A DNA stretch of 62,123 nt, filler included, from Nemertoderma westbladi (lineage: Eukaryota; Animalia; Xenacoelomorpha): assembly GCA_032718475.1 (NCBI GenBank). It is 3 parts of 3 records of this genome, joined end to end, with 100 filler letters (N's around TTAATTAATTAA, not from the genome) between each part and the next. Parts side by side here need not be neighbours in the genome. Positions count along the whole stretch, not along the records: positions 1 to 29,040 come from JAUCBJ010006220.1; positions 29,141 to 51,159 come from JAUCBJ010006298.1; 1 more part is not named here. One strand, 5' to 3'. Position 1 is the first letter of the stretch. Every line of letters starts with the position of its first letter. This document shows, piece by piece, positions 25,256 to 38,240 of the stretch. Position numbers and translations under genes: made by a program. The notes beneath the pieces were generated by a model that ran no database searches, was not told where the DNA came from, and saw nothing but the letters and a program-made list of their open reading frames with translations.

Positions 25256-27201
25256 TTAAGGCGGGATCTTATTAAGCTGCACTGCACTCCACAGTATAAT
25301 ATTTTGCAATTTTCGCATTTTCGAAATATCTAGAATATATTATATCATGGTTACCGTACTAAGTCAATGGTTATTAATCATGGTTATTAGGTATGAATTG
25401 TAAGAAGCGGGAAACAACTGGTTAAAATTATTTCTCTAATTTGTTGTTTACCCTAGGGATGGTGTTTCAACTTTGCATTTATTTCTATGAAAAAATAACT
25501 TGTTCTAGAAAAGTATGATTTTGCCGAAAAATATTGCAATTAGCAAACTGCTTAATCAAGTGATTGTTAGATCCTCTAGGGGGCAGGTGACAAAGTACTG
25601 TATTAAAAGTATCTCCGGGTCTGTCGTGTTGAGTACTTTTTCGGGCATATTTGTTAGAGGATCTGTGTTTGTTCAGGGGTTTGTGTAGATAGGGGTATGT
25701 GGCTCTTTTCATCTTATGTACCATTGGTTTGTATGAGATTTACATGAAATGAAATATATGACGTTATAGGCTTTGCAATCGAATGTACCTGTGATGTGGT
25801 CACCACACGGGGAAGGAGTTTGGTTGTCAATGAGTTTGCAGCATTAGGATAGGCATTTGGGTCTGCCGCATGGTTGGTTGCCGGGGGCGAGGTGGGTGTC
25901 TGATTTCGGTATGTGCATCTGGCTTATGTTGGGTAGATTTCGTAGCGTAGGACGGGTTTTAAACAGATAAGACTATCATTTAGTGTCGTCTTTACTCCCT
26001 AAAAAACATAAAAAATATGTGCGATATTTCATTCATTCCCATTCTATTCATTAACATTCAAATTTGCCGCGAACACTAATAATTCAATCCATTCTTCACT
26101 CCATCACCTATAAATGCCGGACGTACTGCTATTTCAGTCATTCATTCTGATTAATAGAATCATCTGAACATCAGCCTTTCTGTTCTGTGTCCACCAGCTA
26201 CTGACTGCATCTGTCAGTAGCTACATTCTTATTTTCCTTCCCACAGTCTCTAGACATCCGTCTATGCGGCAGCGCAGTACCGTATTATACAAAATAAATA
26301 AACATAAGGTTTTATAATAAGAATGTTTATTGTAAAGAATATTTATTTTATTTTAATTTATTTTATTATTTATTTTTAAAATTTGCCTGCTCAGGCAGGT
26401 GTTGAGACCAGTACGTTCGGTCGAATATGGGCTGACGGGCGTTATTATTACAGCTGCCAAATGAAGGTTTTACCCGCGAAACCTCGTAATAATGTGTAAG
26501 CGATCCAAATCTCTTTTCAACTGTTTAGCCGGGACAGAGTGACGAATATTCTATAATGTTCCATGTTTATATAACATACAACAACCACCATACTTACATA
26601 TTTGTCAACACTTACACCTGGACTGTCCCCCTATGCAAAACCAAACCACTGAGTAAAACAACTATGGATAACGGACAAAGGAAAAATACAACGAAAAATA
26701 CCACTAAATGGTAACTGTTTCATATATAATTTTTCAATTGTACCAACGGGATTTTACAAGATTACCTCCTACTCATACTAGAGATTATATGCCATGACGT
26801 AAATAGCTATAATGACTTTATCAATCGCATTGAACCTGATTTGAGCACAAAGTTCAGGGATTACTGCCGTTACATCGATACGATCCCCCTTATAATTATG
26901 TAATTTACATTGTCTTTGTTAATTAGAATATTAAATCGGTAGTATTCATATAATTGTCAATCTATTTCGCAAATTTGGTTAAGAGTCGAGATTTTAAATT
27001 GAAATTACATATTAAAATCGAAGTAGATTGAAGTAGATTAATTTAAAAGTACATATTAAATTGAAAAGACTCGCATGGTAAAATGCAGGTGATTTTAATC
27101 AAATAAAGTGCCAGATTACATTATTGTCTAACATTATTTAAAATGATACTGTATATTCATGTTAATTCAATTTTTTCGTCTTGTGCTATGAAAAACTAAA
27201 A

Positions 27202-28831
27202 ATGTCAGAGGAAGAATATGTATGTTGCTGTGTGGTTGATGTAGTGGTCATTGGCGCTGGAATTTCTGGCTTATCAGCCGCTCGACGTCTCAAACGGCGG
27301 AAATCAAACATTAAGGTGGTTGTTCTAGAGGCATCCGATCAGGTTGGAGGCAGAACTCAGACAACTGCAGTTAAAGGACTTACTGGGATAGATGACACTT
27401 TTGACTTGGGTGCACAGTGGGTCTGTGATAACCAGACCGAAATTATGGACCTCATGACTGAGTTTGGAATAGAGTACTACCCTCAGAATATCACAGGAAA
27501 AAAGATCCTACAGGTGGGTGATGAGAAGATCAGGGAATATAATTCTGAGATCCCACCACTCAACTCATTGCTCGGCCCTATCTTCCTGCAACTCCTTATC
27601 AACAAACTCGAGGCAATAGTAAAGGAAGTTGACATTCGTGACCCATATGCTCACGGCCCATGATTTGGACGCAATGACAATGGCAACATTTATCAGGCAG
27701 AACTGCGGCTACACAGGGATAGAAAACATTTATGACATGTTTGATGCAGCGATTAAGGCCTGTCTTGGATGTAGTGCTTCCCAGATATCTGCGCTCTTCT
27801 TTTTCGCATATGCAAATGCAGCTGGTGGAATGATGAAGCTCTTTCTGGTAGAGAATGGGTGCGCTCAGCAGTACCGGGTCAAAGGTGGGACACAACAAAT
27901 ATCAGCAAGGCTCTATGTAGAGGTTGGAGGTAGAGACTGCATCAAACTAAATTCGCCTGTTCAAGGCATATATCAACAGGAGGGTAATAGTGATATTATT
28001 GTCACATGCAAGGATGGGAACAAATACACTGCCAAGAGAGTCATATGTGCTATGCCACCTAATCAAACAGCTCAGATAAAATTCTCCCCACCCATGCCAA
28101 TCAACCGACAGACCCTCTTTAAGAGCTTAGTCCTTGGAAATTTGACAAAGGTTTATGTATTATATGAAGAAGCCTTCTGGCTTAAGAATGGCTATTCTGG
28201 TGAGTGCTTGAGTACAGGAGGTGTGAGTAACGAAAATGGGTGCGAGAGAGGACCTCTGATATCTTCATTTGATGCGACAACCTACAAGGGTACACCAGCC
28301 ATTCTCGGCTTTCTTGCAGGAAAGAATGCGGACCAATGGCTTTCAAAATCATCAAACATTCGCAAAGCTGCTGTGATTAAACAACTTGTTGAATATTTTG
28401 GTCCACAGGCAGAAAATCCTTCAAACTTCATAGAAAAATCCTGGAACAATGAAAAGTATGTGAGAGGAGCACCCACCACATTTTGCACTCCAGGAGGTAT
28501 GTCCAACTTTCATCTCCTCCGTCAGCCTTATGGTAAGATCCACTTTGGAGGGACGGAGGTGGCGACTAAATGGTGTGGGTACATGTCGGGAGCAGTACAG
28601 GCCGGTAATAAGGCTGCTGTTGACGTGCTACACCATTTGGATGCAACTGCACTTACGAAAGAAGACCATGACCTGTTGGCCGAATTTCGGCCAAATACCA
28701 AACAGGATTACCGTCACATAAAAAGGGAAATGTTAAATGGTCGCGAACAATGGTACACCACAGTCGGGATTGCTATCGCAGTTATTGCCTGCCTACTGGT
28801 TTATATAACTTATGGAATGATGTATTCCTAA
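27202..28831 (+). CDS. Intronless flavin-containing monoamine oxidase family gene with a frameshift at ~27655 (pseudogene or assembly error)
   Basis: Motifs DVVVIGAGISGLSAA (FAD-binding GxGxxG), EAxDxVGGR, DLGAQW, GGTQQI and IHFGGTE...WCGYMSGAVQAG, plus a C-terminal hydrophobic anchor. ORFs 27181..27663 and 27629..28831 overlap in different frames. Confidence 0.9.
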
Positions 28832-29040
28832 TAAACTTTTACACAGCGCATGCACCACAGTGGGAGAATATTTAAACAAAATTGAAACATTAATTTATAT
28901 ATTAAATCGTTCAACAAAATGATTATCACAGAGTTAATAAGCGGTACACCCTTAATAGGACGTCCTATTTCGATTCCCCTTTAATGTGCACAAGAAGAAC
29001 TCTAGAGTCAGTAGGTTGACCTGGAAGAACCATTGATTAT

Positions 29041-29140
29041 NNNNNNNNNNNNNNNNNNNNNNNNNNNNNNNNNNNNNNNNNNNNTTAATTAATTAANNNN
29101 NNNNNNNNNNNNNNNNNNNNNNNNNNNNNNNNNNNNNNNN
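29041..29140. other. Artificial assembly gap linker (N44-TTAATTAATTAA-N44)
   Basis: Exactly 100 nt with a six-frame stop spacer. Confidence 0.97.
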
Positions 29141-29170
29141 TACACAGTCAGCCAGTCTATATATATAGTC

Positions 29171-32100
29171 TATACAGTCTATATAGTCAAACTATATTTA
29201 GGTTAGTTTACTATATTTAGGTTAGTTTACTATATTTATGTTAGTTTACTATATTTAGGTTAGTTTACTATATTTAGGTTAGTTTACTATATTTAGGTTA
29301 GTTTAGAATATTTAGGTTAGTTTACTATATTTATGTTAGTTTACTTTATTTAGGTTAGTTTACTACAGTATATTTAGGTTAGTTTACTATATTTAGGTAA
29401 GTTTACTATATTTAGGTTAGTTTACTATATTTAGGTTAGTTTACTATATTTAGCTTAGTTTACTTTATTTAGGTTAGTTTACTATATTTAGGTTAGTTTA
29501 CTATATTTAGGTGAGTTTACTATATTTATGTTAGTTTACTATATTTAGGTTAGTTTACTATATTTAGGTAAGTTTACTATATTTAGGTTAGTTTACTATA
29601 TTTAGGTTAGTTTACTATATTTAGGTTAGTTTACTATATTTATGTTAGTTTACTATATTTAGGTTAGTTTACTATATTTAGGTTAGTTTACTATATTTAG
29701 GTTAGTTTAGAATATTTAGGTTAGTTTACTATATTTATGTTAGTTTACTTTATTTAGGTTAGTTTACTACAGTATATTTAGGTTAGTTTACTATATTTAG
29801 GTTAGTTTACTATATTTATGTTAGTTTACTTTATTTAGGTTAGTTTACTATATTTAGGTTAGTTTAGAATATTTAGGTTAGTTTACTATATTTATGTTAG
29901 TTTACTTTATTTAGGTTAGTTTACTACAGTATATTTAGGTTAGTTTACTATATTTAGGTTAGTTTACTATATTTATGTTAGTTTACTATATTTAGGTTAG
30001 TTTACTATATTTAGGTTAGTTTACTATATTTATGTTAGTTTACTATATTTAGGTTAGTTTACTATATTTAGGTTAGTTTACTATATTTAGGTTAGTTTAG
30101 AATATTTAGGTTAGTTTACTATATTTATGTTAGTTTACTTTATTTAGGTTAGTTTACTACAGTATATTTAGGTTAGTTTACTATATTTAGGTTAGTTTAC
30201 TATATTTAGGTTAGTTTACTATATTTATGTTAGTTTACTATATTTAGGTTAGTTTACTATATTTATGTTAGTTTACTATATTTAGGTTAGTTTACTATAT
30301 TTAGGTAAGTTTACTATATTTAGGTTAGTTTACTATATTTAGGTTAGTTTACTATATTTAGGTTAGTTTACTATATTTATGTTAGTTTACTATATTTAGG
30401 TTAGTTTACTATATTTAGGTTAGTTTACTATATTTAGGTTAGTTTAGAATATTTAGGTTAGTTTACTATATTTATGTTAGTTTACTTTATTTAGGTTAGT
30501 TTACTACAGTATATTTAGGTTAGTTTACTATATTTAGGTAAGTTTACTATATTTAGGTTAGTTTACTATATTTAGGTTAGTTTACTATATTTAGCTTAGT
30601 TTACTTTATTTAGGTTAGTTTACTATATTTAGGTTAGTTTACTATATTTAGGTGAGTTTACTATATTTATGTTAGTTTACTATATTTAGGTTAGTTTACT
30701 ATATTTAGGTAAGTTTACTATATTTAGGTTAGTTTACTATATTTAGGTTAGTTTACTATATTTAGGTTAGTTTACTATATTTATGTTAGTTTACTATATT
30801 TAGGTTAGTTTACTATATTTAGGTTAGTTTACTATATTTAGGTTAGTTTAGAATATTTAGGTTAGTTTACTATATTTATGTTAGTTTACTTTATTTAGGT
30901 TAGTTTACTACAGTATATTTAGGTTAGTTTACTATATTTAGGTTAGTTTACTATATTTATGTTAGTTTACTTTATTTAGGTTAGTTTACTATATTTAGGT
31001 TAGTTTAGAATATTTAGGTTAGTTTACTATATTTATGTTAGTTTACTTTATTTAGGTTAGTTTACTACAGTATATTTAGGTTAGTTTACTATATTTAGGT
31101 TAGTTTACTATATTTATGTTAGTTTACTATATTTAGGTTAGTTTACTATATTTAGGTTAGTTTACTATATTTATGTTAGTTTACTATATTTAGGTTAGTT
31201 TACTATATTTAGGTTAGTTTACTATATTTAGGTTAGTTTAGAATATTTAGGTTAGTTTACTATATTTATGTTAGTTTACTTTATTTAGGTTAGTTTACTA
31301 CAGTATATTTAGGTTAGTTTACTATATTTAGGTTAGTTTACTATATTTAGGTTAGTTTACTATATTTATGTTAGTTTACTATATTTAGGTTAGTTTACTA
31401 TATTTATGTTAGTTTACTATATTTAGGTTAGTTTACTATATTTAGGTTAGTTTAGAATATTTAGGTTAGTTTACTATATTTATGTTAGTTTACTTTATTT
31501 AGGTTAGTTTACTACAGTATATTTAGGTTAGTTTACTATATTTAGGTAAGTTTACTATATTTAGGTTAGTTTACTATATTTAGGTTAGTTTACTATATTT
31601 AGCTTAGTTTACTTTATTTAGGTTAGTTTACTATATTTAGGTTAGTTTACTATATTTAGGTTAGTTTACTATATTTATGTTAGTTTACTATATTTAGGTT
31701 AGTTTACTATATTTAGGTAAGTTTACTATATTTAGGTTAGTTTACTATATTTAGGTTAGTTTACTATATTTAGCTTAGTTTACTTTATTTAGGTTAGTTT
31801 ACTATATTTAGGTTAGTTTACTATATTTAGGTTAGTTTACTATATTTATGTTAGTTTACTATATTTAGGTTAGTTTACTATATTTAGGTTAGTTTACTAT
31901 ATTTATGTTAGTTTACTATATTTAGGTTAGTTTACTATATTTAGGTTAGTTTACTATATTTAGGTTAGTTTAGAATATTTAGGTTAGTTTACTATATTTA
32001 TGTTAGTTTACTTTATTTAGGTTAGTTTACTACAGTATATTTAGGTTAGTTTACTATATTTAGGTTAGTTTACTATATTTAGGTTAGTTTACTATATTTA

Positions 32101-32365
32101 TGTTAGTTTACTATATTTAGGTTAGTTTACTATATTTAGGTTAGTTTACTTTATTTAGGTTAGTTTACTATATTTAGGTTAGTTTACTATATTTAGGTTA
32201 GTTTACTATATTTAGGTTAGTTTACTATATTTAGGTTAGTTGACTATATTTAGGTTAGTTTACTATATTTAGGTTAGTTTACTATATTTAGGTTAGTTTA
32301 CTATATTTAGGTTAGTTTAGAATATTTAGGTTAGTTTACTATATTTATGTTAGTTTACTTATTAT
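29171..32365. repeat. 19-bp minisatellite (ACTATATTTAGGTTAGTTT)n, ~165 units, with higher-order structure
   Basis: Directly visible array. Variant units recur with a 1141-bp period. Confidence 0.97.
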
Positions 32366-32618
32366 TTATACTATGTACATGTCAAAAAAATTTAACTGTC
32401 TATAAGCAAGTATAAATCCTCTGAATGGTTATTATTAGCACATGCACTTTTATGGGTTCACTTGCTGTGACTAAATCTACCTGGAGCTACCATATTTAGC
32501 TAAAAATAATTATATTTTGATGAAAAATATTATTGTGTCTATATTATAGTCTTGTATGTAAGATAGTAGAATCGAATACTATCTGACTCAGTTTAGAATT
32601 GGCTGCAGATCTTGGATT

Positions 32619-32781
32619 GGATCTAGGACACTTCCCCCCCGGACACTTCCCCCCCGGACAGTTCCCCCCCGGATAGTTCCCCCCCGGACACTTCCCCCCC
32701 GCCCAAGTAGGACACTCCCCCCCCCCCCCCGGACACTCCCCCACCCCCCCGGACACTTGCCCCCCGGACACTTCCCCCCCA
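32619..32781 (+). repeat. GGACACTTCCCCCC subterminal repeat array (MULE/foldback-type end)
   Basis: ggatctaggacacttccccccc followed by ~8 further copies. Confidence 0.7.
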
Positions 32782-33221
32782 GTTAAAGTGTTAAAATTAA
32801 TCTGGGTGCATATAACAATAAGCCAAATACATGGTGCATATAACATGGAGGGAGATGCATTGAGATGCCACGTTTATATATCTGTTAATCAATAATATTA
32901 TATATAACTTCCCCATTAAAATAGTTAAGTCATGACGTACTATAACTGTTATAGTACAGTAGGTCATGGTTCAGTACAATTAACAAAAACATTACATTAT
33001 TACATTTATTATTTATTACATTGACATTTATAATTTATTAATGTAACAAAATAACATTTTTATCTACAGTATTATCTTTTCATTTAGCCATTTCGAATGA
33101 AATTAACATTATTTCCATTGAAACGCTATTTTGCTCCTTTATTGCAGTTATTCTACATGATGTTAAATTTTTCATTTATCATGGCGATGCCGACATTATA
33201 TCAGGCCACAAATAATACAAT

Positions 33222-33386
33222 ACTTCCAATAATATGGATAGTAAAACATTCCAAATATGGATAGAAAACATTCCAAATATGGATATTAAAACATTCCAAA
33301 TATGGATATAAAACATTCCAAATATGGACAGTAAAACATTCCAAATATGGATAGTAACACATTCCAAATATGGATAGTAAAACATT
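33222..33386. repeat. ~22-bp minisatellite (AAAACATTCCAAATATGGATAGT)
   Basis: About 7 tandem copies. Confidence 0.9.
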
Positions 33387-34167
33387 GTCAATGTCATATC
33401 CTGTGCAGCAGATTACTAATGTCTGCATTTAAGGGGGCATGGAGTTTGCACTTCGATTTAGCTTGAATTCCAACCATGTTCTACAACCATGACTGGAGGA
33501 GTCCTCCGATCATCCTACTTTTCTGTGGATATAGGACAAAACATTCTGAATTGGAACAGGGAGACTCAAACACATCGACATCGCAGTGATCGATCCAATA
33601 GTGAAAACTGTCAAATTAACGAGCATTTATATTTAAACTCAATTGGTATAAGGAGAATAATTTATAATTTTTGTTAAAGGGTTGGATTTAAGAAACGCCT
33701 CTGGGCTATGATTTAAGACTAAGTTACAGAGTGGCAAGCCTCTTATATTTATTTTGGTTACCAGCTGATGGACGGGACAGTGAGCACTGAAAAGCTGTCT
33801 TGTGGTTTAGGAAGGAGTAGAGAGTACAGTTTAACGGTAGGTATCAGTAGCGAGTTCGATTAGGTTTCGCCATTCTAGGTGAGCCTTTTCTAAGCAGTAC
33901 AGACTATAAATAATTATGTCAATCGCTAACATGACCCAAAATAAAAATTAATTAAATTTTTTTATTTATTAGTATGGAATTACAGTAATTTCGCACTGCC
34001 AAACCGCCCAAGGCGACATAATATCACAGAGCGACATTTTTTCTCAGTATTACGCCATGCATTTACTATGTATGTCCATAATGTCTCCGCATCATTCGAA
34101 ATATAAACACTTGAGGTCATTCGATTTTAATCAAACTATACCTATTTTACAATTCTAAAACTTCCAA

Positions 34168-37100
34168 CTAAATAAGTCAATTAGTACTAGCAATTAGTCA
34201 AGTAATAAATTCGTCAACTAAATAAGTCATTTAGGGCTATAGCGCCTAGGGCACCATTGAAGGCAAAGGCTTGATACGCATCTGCATTAGAGATGATACA
34301 CGCCCCGCCCTGTCTATACTGGATGCTCCTCTACCAGTGTTAGGTAACCTAACCCAGGAGGCACACTTGGTTCAGGGTGTAACAAAATGACCCCTACAGT
34401 CGGCAGCAGGGCTGTAGGCCATGGATAGGCGGAAGGTAATCAACCAACGGCTAGCCATGCTGACAAGGTCGGCGGAAGGTAATCAACAACGGCGACCTAC
34501 TGCGAAGATGCTTGTAGGAGTTGCGACCACAAGCGGTTTACTCCCGCAACTGAAAGATATGAGTATGAGAACCCTCCTGGAGAAATACCGGCTCGGTCGT
34601 CGCCCGGGTCAACAAGGACTGCGTCCCTCCAGTGGTACACCAGGCTGGGGTCGATAAATTGGCTACTGGAACAGAAGACAGAGAAGAAAGAAGAACCAAC
34701 CTGTTGAAATGTAAAAAGACACTAAAGATTGCTACAATGAACGCACGCACGCTGAAAGCACATACCAAACAGGGTGACATGGTCGCTCTGGCAATGGATT
34801 ATAACATCGACATCATCTGCATCCAAGAACATCGGATTTGTCATGAAGACACTGCCATGAAGTACAATAACATTGGAAATGGATGGACGTTAATAACAAG
34901 CTCAGCAGTAAGAAACTCGGCCAATGCATCAATTGGTGGAGTAGGAATTCTGCTAAGCCCATTTGCACTTAAGACCCTAAACAACATCGAATCTATAAAT
35001 TCCAGGGTTATGATCGCAACAGTTGATGGGAATCCCAAGGCAACAGTTATATGTTGCTACAGTCCAACCAATGCCTCAGAGCCAGAACAAGCAGTCAAGT
35101 TTTATGAAGAACTGACTGGACTTATAAAGGACATACCGAGACACAATGTTAAAGTCATTGCTGGTGACCTGAATGCGCAAATTGGCCCAGAAGACATCAA
35201 GGGTTACACCTATAACACCAGTTCTAACAGAAATGGGTACTTACTGTTAGACCTAATGGAAGAATGTGAATTGATACCAACAAACAACACATTCGAAAAG
35301 AGTAAGGGGAAGCTATGGACCTTTCAATACCCTAATGGAACCAAAGCACAACTGGATTACATCCTTATAAACAAAAAGTGGAGAAACAGCATGATCAACT
35401 GCGAGGCATACAGCTCGTTCAACCTAATTGGTTCGGACCACAGAATTGTGACTGCAGAGATAAGACTCAGTTTGAGAGCCAGCAAACCCAGGACAAGCAA
35501 GCAAGTCAACTATGAATGGGAGAAACTGAGAACTGACAATGCTGTAAAGGATGCTTATACAGTAGAAGTTCAAAACCGCTTTGAAGCACTTCAATCAATG
35601 GATGAAGACCAATCCACCGATTCAATATATCAGAATATAATAACAGCCCACAAGGAATCAGCTAAGAGGCATATCCCCCAGAAACCCAAACGAAAACAGT
35701 ATGTGCCATGGCAAAACTCTGAGGTTACTTGTAAGAGAGAAGATCTTAAGATAGCCTACAATGTTAAAACCGAACAACCAACAACTGAAAACATTAACAA
35801 GGTTGAGAAAGCTAAGGACGATCTTAAATTGGACTACAACATCAGCCAGGAAAAGTACATACAGGATAAAACTGAAGCAATTACAACTGCTCACATACAG
35901 CAACAATCAAGACTTACTTGGCAAACTGTAAATGAGGTATCTGGTCGGAAAAGTTGTGCAAAGGGGCGCCTCAAAGCCGATAGTCCTGAAGAACGTGTTG
36001 GGATGTGGAAAAATCACTTCAGCAACTTGCTTGGGCAGCCACCAAACATCGAGGTCAGCCCTACAAAGAAAATATATGACAAGACACTACCTATAGAAAC
36101 AGGGGACTTCACACCTGCCGAACTCCAAAGAAGCATTAAAAGTATGTCCAATAATAAAGCGAGTGGATTAGATGAAATCCCAGCGGAGGTATGGAAAACC
36201 GGAGTGCTAAACAGACCATTATTGAATGTTTGCAACCGGATGTTAAAAGGGGAAAAGCCACCACCAATTTGGACTAAAGGTCAACTAAAGCCTCTCCCCA
36301 ATAAAGGAGACCTCGGCATACCAACAAACTATCGTGGGATCTGTCTGCTTGTGGTAGCTGCCAAAATATACAATAAAATGATTCCATATAGGATTAGGCC
36401 TCACATAGAGAAACTATTGCGTAAGAGCCAAAACGGATTTCGACCAAGAAGATCAACAATAGCTCAGATACTTGCACTACGGAGACTGATTGAAGGAATT
36501 AAGTCAAAGAATCTCCCCGCAGTCATGACTTTTGTGGACTTCAAGAAGGCATTCGACTCCATCCATGGAGGTAAAATGCTTGAAATCCTAAGAGCTTATG
36601 GAATACCAGAAGTAATTGTTGCTGGCATTGGATTGTTATATTGTGACACAGAAGCGCAGGTACTCTCACCAGATGGTGAAACTGAGTTTTTCTAAATCCT
36701 GGCTGGCGTACTGCAAGGTGACACATTAGCACCATTACTATTTGTAATTGTGCTGGATTACGCAATGAGGACGGCCACAAAGGGTGAAGATCTGGGATTC
36801 ACACTTCAAGAACGCAGAAGTAGTAGATATCCGGCAACTACAGTCACAGACACCGACTTTGCGGATGACATCGCCCTGCTCTCTAATACGCTAGCAGATG
36901 CACAGCTTCTACTAAATAAAGTGGAGAGGGCTGCTAAGGAGGTTGGATTGCATATAAATGCTACAAAGACCGAATTCATGACCTGTAATGTTGATGGGAA
37001 CTTGACAACCATTGATAATATTCAACTAAGGAAGGTTGATGACTTCCAGTACCTTGGATCATGGATAGAGAGTAGCAAAAAGGACATAAAAGTTAGGAAA

Positions 37101-37810
37101 GCAAAGGCTTGGGTAGCTCTATCAAAAATGGATACCATCTGGAAATCAGGATCTCTCCAGGCACCTGAAGACTAAGTTCTTTCGAGCCACAGTGGAAAGT
37201 GTATTTTTATATGGGGGTGAGACCTGGACACTGACTAAATCACTTGAGCAACGAATAGATGGTTGCTACACAAGACTACTAAGGGCAGCCCTAAACATCA
37301 GCTGGAGACAACACATGACAAACGCCGAGCTTTATGGTACAATACCACCTGTATCAACCACCCTCCGTGAACGCAGATTAAGATTCAGTGGGCACTGCTG
37401 GCGAAGTAAAGACGAGGTCATACCAGATCTTCTCTGGCAACCAACTCATGGAAAGCGTAGTCGTGGACGACCGGCCATAACATATATAGATCAACTTGAA
37501 AGGGATACTGAACTTGTGAGAAACGAAATTGCGACAACTATGGAGAATCGGGAAGCCTGGAAGGATCTCATTTCCACTGTCCGAGTTCGCTCAACCTAGT
37601 AGTAGTAGGAGAATCGGGAAGCCTGGAAGGATCTCATTTCCACTGTCAGAGTTCGCTCGACCTAGTAGTAGTAGTAGAATCGGGAAGCCTGGAAGGATCT
37701 CATTTCCACTGTCCGAGTTCGCTCGACCTAGTAGTAGTAGTAGAATCGGGAAGCCTGGAAGGATCTCATTTCCACTGTCCGAGTTCGCTCGACCTAGTAG
37801 TAGTAGTAGT
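34168..37810 (+). mobile_element. Near full-length RTE-clade LINE (family B; APE endonuclease + RT) with 11-12-bp TSD
   Basis: TSD (t)aaaacttccaa at 34156-34167 and 37810-37821. APE motifs ATMNARTL, CIQEHR, YSPT, GDLNA, LDYIL and SDH; RT motifs QNGFR, DFKKAFDS, QGDTLAP and DFADD. Lesions: TAA at 36693 and a frameshift at ~37150. The element ends in an (AGT)n tail. Confidence 0.95.
37544..37810 (+). repeat. Four tandem copies of the RTE 3'-terminal ~66 nt, each ending in (AGT)n
   Basis: agaatcgggaagcctggaaggatctcatttccactgtccgagttcgctcgacct(agt)n occurs four times. Confidence 0.95.
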
Positions 37811-38240
37811 AAAACTTCCAAGAATGACATAGGAAAGAATCTAACCAACGGCCTTTACATTCATAACCCCACTGCGCTTCATCACCCACTAAGCGAATTT
37901 GGCACTTATTGAAAGTGTTTATAATTAACATGTCATGCTTTCTTGTTGCAAGGTTGTTCTAGAATATTTAAATATGCATAATTATAAATAATTCCCCACA
38001 AATAAATAAAATTAGATTCGCCTTTGCTCATAATTAGCACTGTAAATCTTTTGCGGCCCTCGTTTTGTTAGTTCCTTCACTCGCCCTGTAACGCTATAAA
38101 GTGCTATTTTATGAACTACGACTTAATATATAATTATGTTAAATTCGGTGTATGACTATACGACTCACTTCTCTTTAGACTGTTCGATTGGACGTTGACC
38201 GCTGAAGACTAGCAATTAATTTTTAAGGAGACAATAAGTA

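Noticed and set aside
26390-26495. Hammerhead ribozyme-like stretch (…atgaagg…cgaaac…)
   Set aside because: The CUGANGA core is absent and the stems do not close convincingly.
29171-32365. Telomeric (TTAGG)n array
   Set aside because: TTAGG is only part of a 19-bp unit, and the array is followed by ordinary sequence.
18620-32781. Pairing the two GGACACTTCCCCCC arrays as TIRs of one element around the amine oxidase
   Set aside because: They face outward (right end at 18760, left end at 32619) and are separated by an artificial gap.
34245-34420. HDV-like ribozyme in the RTE 5' UTR
   Set aside because: I could not assemble the nested P1/P2/P3/P1.1/P4 pseudoknot by eye. It is reported only as a structured RNA candidate.
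37529-37912. 127-aa repeat protein ORF
   Set aside because: It is a by-product of the 66-nt RTE terminal repeats.
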